NCBI RefSeq assembly: GCF_001194135.2
Contig: NC_068991.1
Coordinates: 66,723,741-66,781,298 of the forward strand
Direction: 5' to 3'
DNA from: Octopus bimaculoides
Lineage: Eukaryota
Length of the DNA stretch: 57,558 bases
The position numbers and the translations under genes were made by a program. Below are positions 25,156 through 38,253 of the stretch, one piece after another. The notes beneath the pieces are model-generated. The model searched no databases. It saw nothing but the letters and a program-made list of their open reading frames with translations, and had not been told where the DNA came from. How positions within the stretch are numbered: position 1 is the stretch's first letter; each line of letters opens with the position of its first letter.

Positions 25156-25455
25156 TTACTGTCAACTTGTCTTGACTTTGAGTGATAGTAGTCAACAAGT
25201 GCCATTGTTATGTTAACAGTGTCCTTTGTTTCCAATCTTATCATGGGGAAAATATTTTTGCTAAGAAACAAGTGAGGGTCTAAAAATATTGGTTGTCAGG
25301 AGCCAAAGGGGGCCCACTCGCAACTATAATGCTATCATTTAATTATATGGATTCTAATGGCGCAGGGGTCCACTTGCCATCAAGCAAGATGGCAACCTGG
25401 CCAGTCCGTCACTTTGACAAATTCCATCCAACCAACATGAGCATAGAAGAGTGGA
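24915..25455 (+). mobile_element. SINE A2 interrupted by a DNA-transposon-like fragment (~25280-25413)
   Basis: A2 tail resumes after ctggccagtccgtcactt, whose reverse complement resembles a CAGTGGCGGACTGGCC-type TIR. Confidence 0.6.
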
Positions 25456-27639
25456 CATTAAAATGATAACGTCATCCTTGATAAATTTTTCTCGGTAATC
25501 TATTCTTCAATAATATGATTGGAATTATTTAGGAGACAATTTCTCCAGGTTTGGTGGATATCTGGTGGCCAATGTAGAGATCTAGTTCATGTCATTACAG
25601 TACTTTCTGGCAGAAAGGGTAACAATAATACCCAAAGACAAGATATGGTCTCTAGAACTGATGCCAAAAATACTTTCCTTTGGTCAATCACCAAGGTACA
25701 AGGGTGCAAGAATTGCTTTGCAACCACATGGTTTTGGGTTCAGTCCTACAGTAGGACACCCTGGGCAAGTATAGGCCCAGACCAACCAATGCCATCTAAG
25801 TGAATTTAGTAGATGGAAACTGAGAGGAAGCCTATTGTGTATGTGTGTGTGTTTGTGGTTTGTCCTCACCTACCGTTTGACAACTGGTGTTGGTATGCTT
25901 ACACCCCTGTAACCTAGCAATTTGACAAAACAGACTGATAGAATAAGTACCAGACTTAAATAGATAAGTACTGGGGTCAATTTATTCAACTGAGCCCTTC
26001 AAAGATGGATGTCCCAGTTATGCCAAACAAAACGTCTGTACAATGCAGACCAATATGGAAAATATTAAAGCAAAATCTGTGTTCACAAGAACTACATCAT
26101 CATTTAACTCTTTCGCATTTAAACTGGCTATATCTGGCCAAAATATTCCACCTGTTTTATGCTCAAACTGGCCAGATTTTGTCTCTCACACCAACTCTCA
26201 AAATCATTCTAAAAATCAACAGTCACTTCATCAGAATATCAAAGCCACAAGGCAATACAAGATTAATTCAAAACAGTGTGAATAAGTAAGCAGAGCATTT
26301 GACAGAATAATGTAAACATAGTTTGAATGGGTCAACAGGAACCAATGAGCCAGAGGGCTACAGCTGAGCTGCCAATGTTCGTTTTTTCATAGTTTCTACA
26401 CCTGGATGTACTTACTGATGTACTTACTGATGCTATCCACATAACAGAGTCTGTTGGGTACTTCTTCCATGGGCCCCAGTAAGGTCACCGAATACTCACA
26501 AGACAAAAGCCCCTCAACTGAGTGGAGCATAGTATTGAAAGATGTGAATGTATGCTAGATGGACAAGAACAAGTGTCTAACTGAAGAGGTAAATACATTA
26601 CTTCGTCAGCTGGAGACAGAAAAAATAGAGATAGAGGAACAGAAAAAGTGGGTCAGTAGGTAAGTTTACTAGAGTGCGATAAGAATGTGATATATGATTC
26701 AAGATAGGGATTGAAGTGAACATAGTGAATATCAGTTGAGGGAGGAACAGTAGAAATTAAATTTCAAATATATCTCTTTGCATGTTATATTTTTATACTG
26801 TGTGAACATCAGTGTTGTTAGCTACAGATTTCAAAGCATGCCAACCACTTGTGACCTCTATTGTGGCATAGGTGAAAAGTAAGTGTTATGCAACTCAGGT
26901 AGAATAAATTTCAGTTTGATGCATCAGTTTTCTCAAGTTCTCAATTATTTGACACACACACATACAATAGTGGTGAATGTGGGCTCAACACTGCATTTGG
27001 TGGGTAAACAAGGCTGCTGAAGGAGGTTGATTACCATTTCTAAGGTAGAACACTTGAAAAATTACACAATTTTTGTATGAAACCATTGACAGCATCATTA
27101 ATCTAGTTAATTTACAAATGAAATGTGTGCATGCATATATATATGATGTGCTTCAGTATAGTTTCCATTCACTACAGGCACTGACATGGCTGTGTAGTAA
27201 GAAGTTTGCTTCCCAACCACATGGTTCTGGGCTTAGTCCCACTGCATGGCACCTTGGGCAAGTGTCTTCTACTATAGCCTCGGGCTGACCAAAACCTTTG
27301 GGTGGATTTGGTAGACAGAAATTGAAAGAAGCCTGTTGTGTGTGTGTGTGTGTGTGTGTGGTGATTTCATTTAGGCAGGCATAAAGTAGATTCAAACCCG
27401 AATCTGCCAATTTCCCTTAACACTGCAACAGCATTTTTCTCACAGAAAAACAATGGTTGACAGCAGTTATGTTCAACACATGGCTTTGCCAAGACAATTG
27501 TATTTTCACCTCTTCTATCCCACCAAAAGTTGAAACTAGATACAACGAACAAATCTATTGTTCTCAACAATACTTCTCTCTTTCTGGCTGGTCTACAACT
27601 CTTATAAAAACTAGCAGCATTCAGGACAAAATGAGTTAG

Positions 27640-28000
27640 TGAGAAACGACTACCAGGGGAGTTGGCTGACCAGCTGAACAAAACACTGTCTCTGAATGAA
27701 AAGGCACCGAGGGACAACTATGGTAACTCACCATTGAAGCAATTGTCTCATCCCACCACTGTCACTTTCTCACTAGCTCATTTCTCTTCTCTATAACATC
27801 ACGATCACTATCTTTGGCTTACTACAACAATGATGAGAACATGTGCACACTTATATAAGAAGAAAGTAACTCTCTTAACCTCACATGTTTTTCCACTTCT
27901 ATTATACATGCTCGTCATTGTGTGTGGCTATACATAAAGTAACAGTAAATAAAAATTTGGAGTCAACATCAGCTTCAACCATTGTTCTTCTTTCACATCT
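27640..28000 (+). pseudogene. Possible ancient L2-like LINE fragment (end of endonuclease/linker)
   Basis: Only short motif-like strings (HDHYL; KESNSLNLTCFSTSI) in the expected order; heavily decayed. Confidence 0.25.
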
Positions 28001-28802
28001 GCAACATCACACCCGTCACATTTGGATAACCACTCAAAATGAATAACTGCATCTACTGTTACAAATGGTAACCTCCGACTCCTAACATTTACCATTTATA
28101 TATATATAGATATGTGTGTATGTCTTTGAGTCTGTATAAGTTCCCACTGTATAAGTTCCCCCGTAACCTAGCAATTCAGCAAAAAAAGAGACCAATAGAA
28201 TAAGTACAAGGCTTGAAAATAAAAATAAAAAATTAAATAAGTACAGGGGCTGATTCATTTGACTGAAACAAGTAAGGTGGGGAGCTGGCAGAAATGTTAG
28301 CATGCCATGCTTAGTGGTATTTCGTCTGTCCTTACATTCTGAGTTCAAATTTCGCCGAGGTCGACTTTGCCTTTCAGAGTCGATAAAATAAATACCAGTT
28401 GAACACTGGGGATGATGTAATCGACTCATTCCCTCCCCCAAAATTGCTGTCCTTGTGGTCAAATTTGAAACCAAAGGCTGCAAGCTGGCAGAAAAGCTAG
28501 AAACCGGGCGAAATCCTTAGCAGTATTCCGTCTGTCTTTACGGTCTGAGCTCAAATTCAGCCAAGGTCAAACTTTGCCTTTCATCCTTTCAGAGGTTGAT
28601 AAATTAAGTACCAGTTGTGTACTGGGGTCTATCTAATCGACTGGTCCCCTCCCCAGAAATTTGGGCCTTGTGTCTAGAGTAGAAAAGAAAAGGATAAAAG
28701 ATACAGTACACTTCAAAACCACATTGTTACAGGTTTGATCCCATCGTATGAGAAATTCTGGCCAAGTGCTTTCTACAATAGCCTCATGTTGAACAATGCT
28801 TA

Positions 28803-29240
28803 ACTCTGTAGCAGACTACTGACCGAGACCTTTGGAAATGTGCTGTGCGTGAGAAGACCCGGCAAGCCAAGTGAGATCGTTGCCAGTGCCCCTGGACTGG
28901 CTCTTGTGCGGGTGGCACATAAAAGACACCATTTCGAGCGTGGCTGTTGCCAGTACCACCTGACTGGCCTTCGTGCGGGNNNNNNNNNNGGGTGGCACAT
29001 AAAAGACACCATTTCGAGCGTGGCTGTTGCCAGTACCACCTGACTGGCCTTCGTGCGGGTGACACGTAAAAGCACCCACTTCACTCTCTGAGTGGTTGGC
29101 GTTAGGAAGGGCATCCAGCTGTAGAAACTCTGCCAAATTAGATTGGAGCCTCGTGTTATCATCCAGTTTCACCAGTCCTCAGTCAAATCGTCTAACCCAT
29201 GCTAGCATGGAAAGCGGACGTTAAACGATGATGATGATTG
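28803..29240 (+). mobile_element. RTE LINE 3' end (ORF terminus, 3' UTR minisatellite, (GAT)n tail)
   Basis: TDRDLWKCAVREKTRQAK* ends at 28874, followed by ~65-bp units and ggaagggcatccagctgtag...gttaaacgatgatgatg. A 70-bp overlap is duplicated across the gap at 28980-28989. Confidence 0.85.
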
Positions 29241-29600
29241 GTTATGACGACTAGTCTCACTGTGTGGCACCTTGGGCAAGTGTCTTCTACTATAGTCTTG
29301 GGCCAACCAAAGCCTTGTGAGTGGATTTGGTAGATGGAAACTGAAAGAAGCCATTGTAAATATATGTGTGTGTGTGTGCATGTGTGTATGTTTGTGTGTC
29401 TATGTTTGTTCCTCCAAAATCGCTTAACAACTGATGCTGGTATGTTTACATTCCTGTAACTTAGTGGTTCGGCAAAAGAAACCGATAGAATAAGTACTAG
29501 GCTTATAAAGAATAAGTCCTGGGGTCAATTTGCTTGACTAAATGTGGTGCTCCAGCATGGCTGCAGTCAAATGACTGAAACAGATAAAAGAATAAAAGAA
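29240..29600 (+). mobile_element. SINE A1, 5'-truncated
   Basis: Core ggcaccttgggcaagtgtcttctactatag through tail aaatgactgaaacagataaaaga. Confidence 0.85.
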
Positions 29601-29999
29601 AAGAACAGTTCCAGTTTATCTGCTCAACGGAACAGCTGGCCCATGAAATTAACATGGAAAGGGCTGAGCAATCCACAAATGACATATACTCTTAACATAG
29701 TTCTCAGGGAGATTCAGGCACAAGGCCCAAAATTTTGGGGGAAGGAGCCTGTCGATTAGATCGACACCAGTACACAACTGGTACTTAATTTATCGACCCC
29801 GAAAGGATGAAAGGCAAAGTCAGCCTCAGCGGAATTTGAACTCAGAATGTAAAGTTAGACGAAATACTGCCAAGCATTTTGTCTGGCCTGCTAACGATTC
29901 TCCGAGCTCCAAGCTTTCAAATATGTTATATTCCATCCTTGAACTTCCCAACTCAATTCAGAAAATGTTTATAAGATCACATTATCTAATCTTATCTCT

Positions 30000-30372
30000 C
30001 TTACTTGTTTCAGTCATTGGACTGCGACCATGCTTGAAGAGTTTAGTCAAAAAATTTCGACCACAGTACTCATTTATTTATTTTTCTCAAAGTCTGGTAC
30101 TTTCAGTATACTTTGCCAAAACACTAAGTTATAGGAATCTAAACAAACTAACACCATTTATCAAATAGGTAGGAGGGGCAACCACAAAATCAAAGACACA
30201 TGTACACATATATACATACACACACACAACAGGCTTCCACATAGTTTCCATCTACCAAATTCACTCATATTAGCATTGGTTGGCCTGGAGCTAGCCAAAG
30301 GTGCTGCACAGTGGGATTTGTATCTGAAACCATGTGGTTGAAAAGCAAATTTCTTAACCACACAGCCATGTA
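30000..30372 (-). mobile_element. Older SINE A1 copy
   Basis: Colinear degenerate match to A1. Confidence 0.75.
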
Positions 30373-31009
30373 CTCTTTAGATATTAGTTATGATTTTGTG
30401 AGTGGGAGAGAGTTGGCTGATGTTTCTAGCAAGTTGAGCAACAACATAAAGATACTTCCTTGTGAGTTAAGTGCATTGCTGTAATTAGCAATAGCTATAA
30501 TTATTTCGATAATGATGATTATCATAACAACAATGATGGTAATCAACTCCTACAAAAATAAGTAGCTGACAATTATAAATAAAACTTAAGTTACCACATA
30601 ATCAAACTTATACATTATATTACAGTACAAGGCATTGTCAATCATTTACAGCAAGACGGATCATGATTTCCTCTTGAAAACAGTTCAGATAAAAATGATA
30701 TACTGAAGACAAAGACAAACATGTTCAAACTTGTCTCTGCCAGAGATATTCATCTGAAGGTTTATGAAGATTTGACCAATAAATATAGTAACATCATCAT
30801 CATCATTTAATATTCACTTTTCCATGCTAGCATAGATCAGATGGAATTTGTTGGGAAAGATTTTCAATGGCTGGATGCCCTTCCTGTAAATAACCCTCAT
30901 CTGTTTCCAAGCAAGGTAATGTTTTCATGGCCTCAGATGCTTTTTCATAGAAGACTGGTAACAAGCAGCATCGCATGTTTTATAGTGATGCTTGTTCATA
31001 CTGACTCAT

Positions 31010-31230
31010 AAGGGCCGGTTTCCCAGTTTCTATGGCATATATATTCCCCACCTGGATGGGACACCAGTCCATCACAGGATTACTCATTTTTACCAGCTGA
31101 GTGGACAGAACCCACGTGAAATGAAGTGTTTTGCTCAAAAGCACAATGCATTGCCCGGTCCAGGAATCGAAACCACTATCTTACAATCATGAGTCCAACA
31201 CCCTAACCACTAAGCCACACGCCTCCACAG
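31010..31230 (-). mobile_element. SINE family E (C-like tRNA head, different body)
   Basis: Reverse complement: tggaggcgtgtggcttagtggttaggg...gtttcgattcctggaccggg...cctgtgatggactggtgtcccatccagg...catagaaactggg. The body resembles a MetaSINE-type conserved domain (from memory, unverified). Confidence 0.75.
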
Positions 31231-31244
31231 GTCAAGACAAAGGT

Positions 31245-31627
31245 TTGTTGGCACTCTGTAGCTTACAACGTCAAGGGTTCCAGTTGATCCGATCAACGGA
31301 ACAGCCTGCTCGTGAAATTAATGTGCAAGTGGCTGAGCACTCCACAGACACGTGTACCCTTAACGTAGTTCTCGGGGAGATTCAACATGACACAGTGCGA
31401 CAAGGCTGGCCCTTTGAATTATAGGCACAACAGAAACAGGAAGTAAGAGTAAGAGAAAGTTGTGGTGAAAGAGTACAGCAGGGTTCGCCACCATCCCTTG
31501 CCGGAGTTTCATGGAGTTTTAGGTGTTTTCGCTCAATAAACACTCACAACGCCCGGCCTGGGAATCGAAACCGCGATCCTATGACCGCGAGTCCGCTGCC
31601 CTAACCACTGGGCCATTGCGCTTCCAC
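31245..31627 (-). mobile_element. SINE C, full length, 12-bp TSD
   Basis: TSD caagacaaaggt at 31233-31244 and 31628-31639. Confidence 0.92.
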
Positions 31628-32886
31628 CAAGACAAAGGTACACATAAACAAACACACACAGACAACTTCTTTAAGTTTCTGTCTACTGAATCCACTTACA
31701 AGGCTTCGGTCAGCCTGGGGTTATATTAGAAGACACTGCCCAAGGTGTCATGCAGTGGCACCAAATATCGGTTTCAAATTTTGGCACAAGGCCAGCATGT
31801 ACGAGGAGGGGGTAAGTTGGTTACATCAACCCCCAGTGCTCAACTGATACTTATTTTATCGACCCTGAAAAGATGAAAGGCAAAACTGGCCTTGGCAGAA
31901 TTTGAATTCAGAATATAAACACAGATAAAATACTGCTAAGCATTTTGTTTGACTGCAAACAATTCCACCAGATTGCCACCTTAAACAGGATCAAATATTA
32001 ACAAGAATATTTATGCTAAAAAGTTTTGGCTTTCTGCCTTTTTTGTTGCTGCTACGACGACTTGTTGATTAGCAAGATGCATATTTTCTCCATACAAGAT
32101 TATTTATTCTACTTTTCTCTCCTCTTTCCATCACCCATGTCTCACCTCCTAGATTCTGTATCAAATACTTCAACTAATTCATCTAACCCAGAAGTTACCT
32201 CTCTCAAGTTTACTTCCTTATAATTTTGCCTGCAGATATCAACAAACAGATGTTAAAAGTTGAATATTTCTACATCTGTCTCCACAGGCATGAGTTAGGT
32301 TATCTGCTGCTAAAGTCGTAGGTACTACTCTTTCTTCGATAAACTATAGCAACTCGAAATAAAGGTCACAAACTAAATATATGGAAGGGAAAAGGGTCAA
32401 CTTGTGGAAGTATTTGTTGATGCTGTAAAGAATGTTCATCACATGAAAATTAAGGTTTCAGAGATTGTGGAGATATAAATGTTGAATACACAGCTTTTGT
32501 TATATTCTCCACCCCAGTGGCTTTAAAGAAGCTGATAGTTCTGGTTCAAGTTTTCCAACTATGTAAGGAAATTCTCACATGTTTCACCAGTACAAGAACC
32601 AGCTTGGTGACTTTTTTTTCAATATCTCAAGGTGAAACATCATCAAATTGGATTACATGCTTTCCGTAAAAAAAAACTTTGAATTTATCACTGACATAGG
32701 GCAATAACTTTTAGTTTTTATTTTTCTCTGCCAATTAGCAAGAACCAAGGTTGTCAGGCTCTGTTAATGCTTTGTAATAAAATGTCAAGAAAGTAAACTT
32801 TGCCAATTTTTCTTATATGCAAACAACTTTCATTTGTTTCATAATCTTTTAATGTTCAGTTTCCCAAACAAAATATTTCTCCATAG

Positions 32887-33077
32887 CCGCAGGAGTGGCT
32901 GTGTGGTAACTAGCTTGCTTACCAACCACATGGTCCCGGGTTCAGTCCCACTGCGTGGCACCTTGGGCAAGTGTCTTCTACTATAGCCTTGGGCCGACCA
33001 AAGCCTTGTGAGTGGATTTGGTAGACGGAAACTGAAAGAAGACCGTCGTATATATGTATATGTATATATGTGTGTGT

Positions 33078-33116
<39 letters not shown>

Positions 33117-33311
33117 TGTGTCCCCAACACCGCTTGACAACCGATGCTGGTGTGTTTACGTCCCTGTAACTTAGCGGTTCGGCAAAAAGAGACGATAGAA
33201 TAAGTACTAGGCTTACAAAGAATAAGTCCTGGGGGTCAATTTGCTCGACTAAAGGTCGTGCCCCAGCATGGCCGCAGTCAAATGACTGAAACAAGTAAAA
33301 GAGTAGAAGAG
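32887..33311 (+). mobile_element. SINE A1, full length, young
   Basis: tRNA-like head (aggagtggctgtgtggtaa...gggttcagtccc), CORE-like accttgggcaagt, internal (TA/GT)n, tail (aaagagt)n. Confidence 0.92.
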
Positions 33312-33919
33312 CCAGACATGCTTTTCACAGAAAAAATGAAAATGAACAGCCTCACCTGTATAACATGATAATGATGATGATGATGCTCATTTACAAGGAT
33401 ACACACAAACACAAACAATACATCATTAAAAACATTTACAATTCACAGCATTCTCATTTAAAAATAAAAACAAAACAAAAACTCTCCCCTAAAACTAAGT
33501 TAACAAATAAGAATGATATTGTAATTAGTAGGTTCTGGTTACTATACTGACACACACAACCAATCCTGGCACTACTAAACCAATTACTAATTTCAAGAGG
33601 TTACATAAAAGTGTTTCACAGTGAAGAAATGAAAGGCCAGTAAACCTAAGATATATAAAAGATCTTTTGAAGAAGTTCAAGATGTTGAGTGGAGCACTTG
33701 GAATTAATTTTACTCACAAAAGTAGGCCAGAGATATGAATAGTTGTACATGAACACAAATTCATGCAGACACATCTTTAGCTAGTTTCAGTCACTTTAGT
33801 TATAACCATGTGTTTCAGTCTTACTCTGTTTTAGTTTATTAAAGATATTCAGCTGTGAAAGGGTAATATCATCATCATCATCATTTAAAATTCCAAGCAA
33901 GATAATATTTAATCATATC

Positions 33920-34135
33920 CGTTGCTAGTACCGCCTGACTGGCCTTCGTGCCGGTGGCACGTGAAAGCACCCACTACACTCTCGGAGTGGTTGGCGTTAG
34001 GAAGGGCATCCAGCTGTAGAAACTCTGCCAAATCAGATTGGAGCCTGGTGTAGCCATCTGGTTCACCAGTCCTCAGTCAAATCGTCCAACCCATGCTAGC
34101 ATGGAAAGCAGACGTTAAATGATGATGATGATGAT
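33920..34135 (+). mobile_element. RTE 3' tail inserted in a minus-strand A2 tail
   Basis: Matches 29030-29240; A2-tail sequence lies on both sides. Confidence 0.8.
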
Positions 34136-34449
34136 GTCCAGACATGTTCTTGAAGAACATTGGAAAAGGATGGAAACTGCTTGTATGACAATGACAATCA
34201 TTTTATGACTATCATATGATGTCAAGACAAGGAAACACACTCACATACATATATAGCTATCACAAGCATCTTTTAGTTTTTGTCTACTAAATCTACTCAC
34301 AAGGCTTTAGTCGACCCAGGGCTCTATAGTAGAAGAAACCTGCTCAAGGTAAAATGCAATAGAACTAAACCCAAGACCATGCAGTTGAGAAGCAAACTTC
34401 TAACCACACATCCACACCTATACACATATGTGTGTGTGTATGTGTGTGT

Positions 34450-34505
<56 letters not shown>

Positions 34506-34849
34506 NNNNNNNNNNNNNNNNNNNNNNNNNNNNNNNNNNNNNNNNNNNNNNNNNNNNNNNNNNNNNNNNNNNNNNNNNNNNNNNNNNNNNNNNNNNNNNN
34601 NNNNNNNNNNNNNNNNNNNNNNNNNNNNNNNNNNNNNNNNNNNNNNNNNNNNNNNNNNNNNNNNNNNNNNNNNNNNNNNNNNNNNNNNNNNNNNNNNNNN
34701 NNNNNNNNNNNNNNNNNNNNNNNNNNNNNNNNNNNNNNNNNNNNNNNNNNNNNNNNNNNNNNNNNNNNNNNNNNNNNNNNNNNNNNNNNNNNNNNNNNNN
34801 NNNNNNNNNNNNNNNNNNNNNNNNNNNNNNNNNNNNNNNNNNNNNNNNN

Positions 34850-34914
<65 letters not shown>

Positions 34915-35068
34915 CACATACACACGCACAATGGGTACCTTTCAGTTTCCATCAACCAAATCCAGTCAGAAAGTTTTGGTTAGCTTGAGTTTATAATAAA
35001 AGACACTTGTCCAAAGTGCCAGAGGGGGGACTTCAGCTGAAACCTTGTGGTTGGGAAGCAAGCTTCTT

Positions 35069-35206
35069 AACCACATGGCCATGCCTGTCATTATTGACAC
35101 GTTAACTGTGTTCCATTTTATTGCTACAATATCATCATCATCATATTATAAGAATAAAATGGAACACAGTTAATGTGACAATAATGACAGGCATGGCCAT
35201 GTGGTT
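35069..35206. repeat. 138-bp fold-back inverted repeat
   Basis: Arms 35069-35122 and 35153-35206 are complementary at 52/54 positions; central (TCA)4 loop. Confidence 0.95.
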
Positions 35207-35289
35207 ATTGCCAATGTTGGGTGTTATGACTGTCAACAATACAACGATGAATATATTGTTTTATTTGTCATAAAACATAGTGTGGACTA

Positions 35290-35945
35290 ATGAACTTGAT
35301 GGTGAGAAAGAGGTTCTCTATAAAAATGTCAAGTGCATAAGACAGTGGGTAAGGAAAGGAGAAACACTGGTACCCCAGGCTAAAGAAGGTCTTCACCCAC
35401 GTAAGGTGTTGTTATCTGTTTGGTGGGATATGAAAGGTTTAGTCCATTCTGAACCTTTAAACCCAAACCAAATAATAACAAAGGAGATCTACAGTAGGCA
35501 GTTTGAGCAGCTTAAGTCAGCACTAGAAGAAAAACGACCATCTTTGGTTTCAAGATGGAAGGTGTTCTTCCATCAGGATAATGCTGGACCACATACAGCA
35601 AGGATGACATTCCAAAGGCTGGAGAAGTTTGAATGGGAAACGATGCCCCACCCACCATATTCGCTGGACATATTGCCCCATCTGATTATCATTTATTCTG
35701 CAGTCTTCAAAATCATTTGGACAGAAAAAATATGAATTCTGTAGACGAGGTCGGAACAATAGTGGAGGAGTATTTTTCATCATGGACAAGTGAATTTTGG
35801 AAGAGGGGCCTTGCAAGTCTACCAGATGGATGGAAGAACATTATAGAAAATGAAGGAGAGTATATTTTATATTAAAAAATGAATTTTGTTTATCTTAATT
35901 TTGAAAAAATAAAAAAACCCACATTATTCATAGGATAACCCAATA
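35290..35945 (+). mobile_element. mariner (DD34D) 3' half, transposase pseudogene
   Basis: DGEKEVLYKNVK (for GDEKWVLY), LHPRKVLLSVWWD, FHQDNAGPHTA, HPPYS, IAPSDYHLF with one frameshift; 3' TIR ...ggataacccaata-TA. Confidence 0.92.
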
Positions 35946-35949
35946 CATT

Positions 35950-36535
35950 CTAGAGGCAGTGAACTGGTAGAATTATTAGCATGGAGGGCAAAATGTTTAG
36001 CAACATTTTATCCAGCTTTTTGTTCCGAGTTCAAATCCCACCAAGGTTGACTTTACCTCTCATCCTTTCAGGCTCAATCAGTCAAGGCTGGGGCTGATGT
36101 AATTGACTAGTCTTATCTCTGCAAATTTCAGGCTTTGTGTCTATAGTAGAAAGGGTTACGAATATAATACATTCTAAAGGCAATGAGCTGGCAAAATGCT
36201 TAACATTTCCTTTGTCTTTACATTCAAATATGTTTTGGGGGTTGATAAAATTGGTACCAATTGGACACTGGGGCTGATCTAATTGAACCCATTATTATAA
36301 TATATAAGGTGGTAAATATGCAGATTCATTACCACATCAGACAAAATGCTATGCAGCATTTCTTCCAGCTTTTTATGTTCTGCATTCAGATGCTGCCATA
36401 GTCAACTTTGCTTTCCATCTTTTCAGGGTCAATAAAACATGAACCAGTTGAACACCGAAACTGATGTAATTGAGTTTCCCCACTTCCCTCAAAAAATTGC
36501 TGGTCTTGTGTCAAAATTAGAAAGAGTTAGTATGA
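35950..36535 (+). mobile_element. Three degenerate head-to-tail SINE B copies
   Basis: Heads at ~35955, 36178 and 36308, each followed by the ttcaaat / catcctttcagg / actgggg blocks. Confidence 0.7.
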
Positions 36536-36547
36536 GAATATCTTATA

Positions 36548-36939
36548 GGCGTAGGAGTGACTGTGTGGTAAGTAGCTTGCTTACCAACCACATGGTCCTG
36601 CGTTCAGTCCCACTGCGTGGCATCTTCGGCAAGTGTCTTCTACTATAGCCTCGGGCCGACCAAAGCCTTGTGAGTGGATTTGGTAGACGGAAACTGAAAG
36701 AAGCCCGTCGTATATATGTATATATATATGTATGTGTGTATGTGTTTATCCCCCCAAATATCGATGCTGGTGTGTTTATGTCCCCGTAACTGAGCGGTTC
36801 GGCAAAAGAGACTGATAGAATAAGTACTAGGCTTCTAAAGAATAAGTCCTAGGGTCGATTTGCTCGACTAAAGGTGGTGCTCCAGCAGGGACACAGTCAA
36901 AAGACTGAAATAAGTAAAAGAGTAAAGAGTAAAAGAGTA
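36548..36939 (+). mobile_element. SINE A1, full length
   Basis: Colinear and highly similar to 32887-33311. Confidence 0.92.
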
Positions 36940-38032
36940 ATACACACATATTGTCCAAGTGTTTTATATATACAAAACAACTATGAAAAGGTTCTATTTA
37001 CAGTAGCCATGAAATGATTCTCTCTACATTGGTTGTGAAAAGTCTGTGGTCAAAATCTTGCCTTTGATACTATTGATTTCTACTAATGTTACAAATTTAA
37101 GAAGAGGAGGAGCAGTCAATTGAATCATCCCAGTTCTTGTCTGACACCTTTCAGCTGTGACCATTCAGTCCTATTCAGGCATAGTGTATCGAAAACTACA
37201 TCATTCTATGTATCCTTTCATTTTTAACACAGTACGAAATGTTTTGAAGAAGATTCAGCTGCTGTTTCTAAAAGGTTAAGTGATGGCATAGAGACAACTT
37301 GGTAATTTATATAATAGGAACCTCAACTAGGGAACAAAGTAAAATAAAAATATATATGCAGCTCAAGTCATTTATTAAATGAAACATCACCAATTCTTAT
37401 GTATGCATTTGCTATTATACTAATGAATTACTTAATTGAGTACCTATATTCCTCTACTGGCAAACAAAATTATACACGACACTTTGGCAGATGCACATCT
37501 ATTTTCATATTATGTTCACCATGTTACAAAAGTATAATTATTTACTCTGCGTAAAGGGATGTTTGTTGTAACCTCAAACACAAATATATGCTTGGTCAGG
37601 CATACAGCGAAAACAATACAATAGATGAATTAACAGGACAACACAACATTACAATATGACATTATCCTAAATGTTATGATAATTTAATAATCTAAAATAA
37701 AAGACAAGAAACAAGGTCAGCATGTGCTCTATAATAATTTGTTTCTTGAACACAAAGATGGGTTGTTTTTTTTTTTTTTTTTTTTTTTTTTTTCACTTTT
37801 AAGTGAATAGAATATAGCCAATATAACCAACCCCAGCATATTACTGTTTGCCATTTAGTCATGCTAAAGAGGGAACATCTACATGGCAGTTTGAACTGCT
37901 AAAAGTAGAAGCTAAACCTCCAACTAACAAATGCTATCCTTAAGGGGGAGACATTAGGTAATGTTGTTCAACTTGGGGAGGGGGGGGGCTCATGGCTGGA
38001 ATGGCTTTGATCATTAGTCAGTTACATAAAGG

Positions 38033-38253
38033 GTAACCCTTTTAGTACCAATCTACCTGAGACTACCTCAGGTTCTAAGACAAACTTTACTGTTTTAAAG
38101 TAGTCTAAATTATAATCTTCCATCAAAATTTATGCTAAATTGTTCCAGATCCCAGCTTATAATCAGTTATTTTACTAAATTCTTCAATATTTTTAAAATA
38201 AACTGAAACAAAGGCAGCATGTGTTAATAGAAATATGGTAACAAAAGGGTTAA
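38033..38253. mobile_element. TTAA-type MITE, family 1
   Basis: (G)TAA-CCCTTTTAGTACC ... GTAACAAAAGGG-TTAA. Confidence 0.75.

Noticed and set aside
26403-26432. 12-bp tandem duplication gatgtacttact
   Set aside because: Ordinary slippage duplication with no further structure.
26829-26879. Plus-strand exon-like segment ending in GTAAGT
   Set aside because: Opposite strand to the other evidence, weak acceptor, and the number of such sites is compatible with chance.
28910-29059. Perfect 70-bp tandem repeat
   Set aside because: Identical copies flank a 10-N gap; most likely an unmerged overlap, although real units of similar size exist in this UTR.
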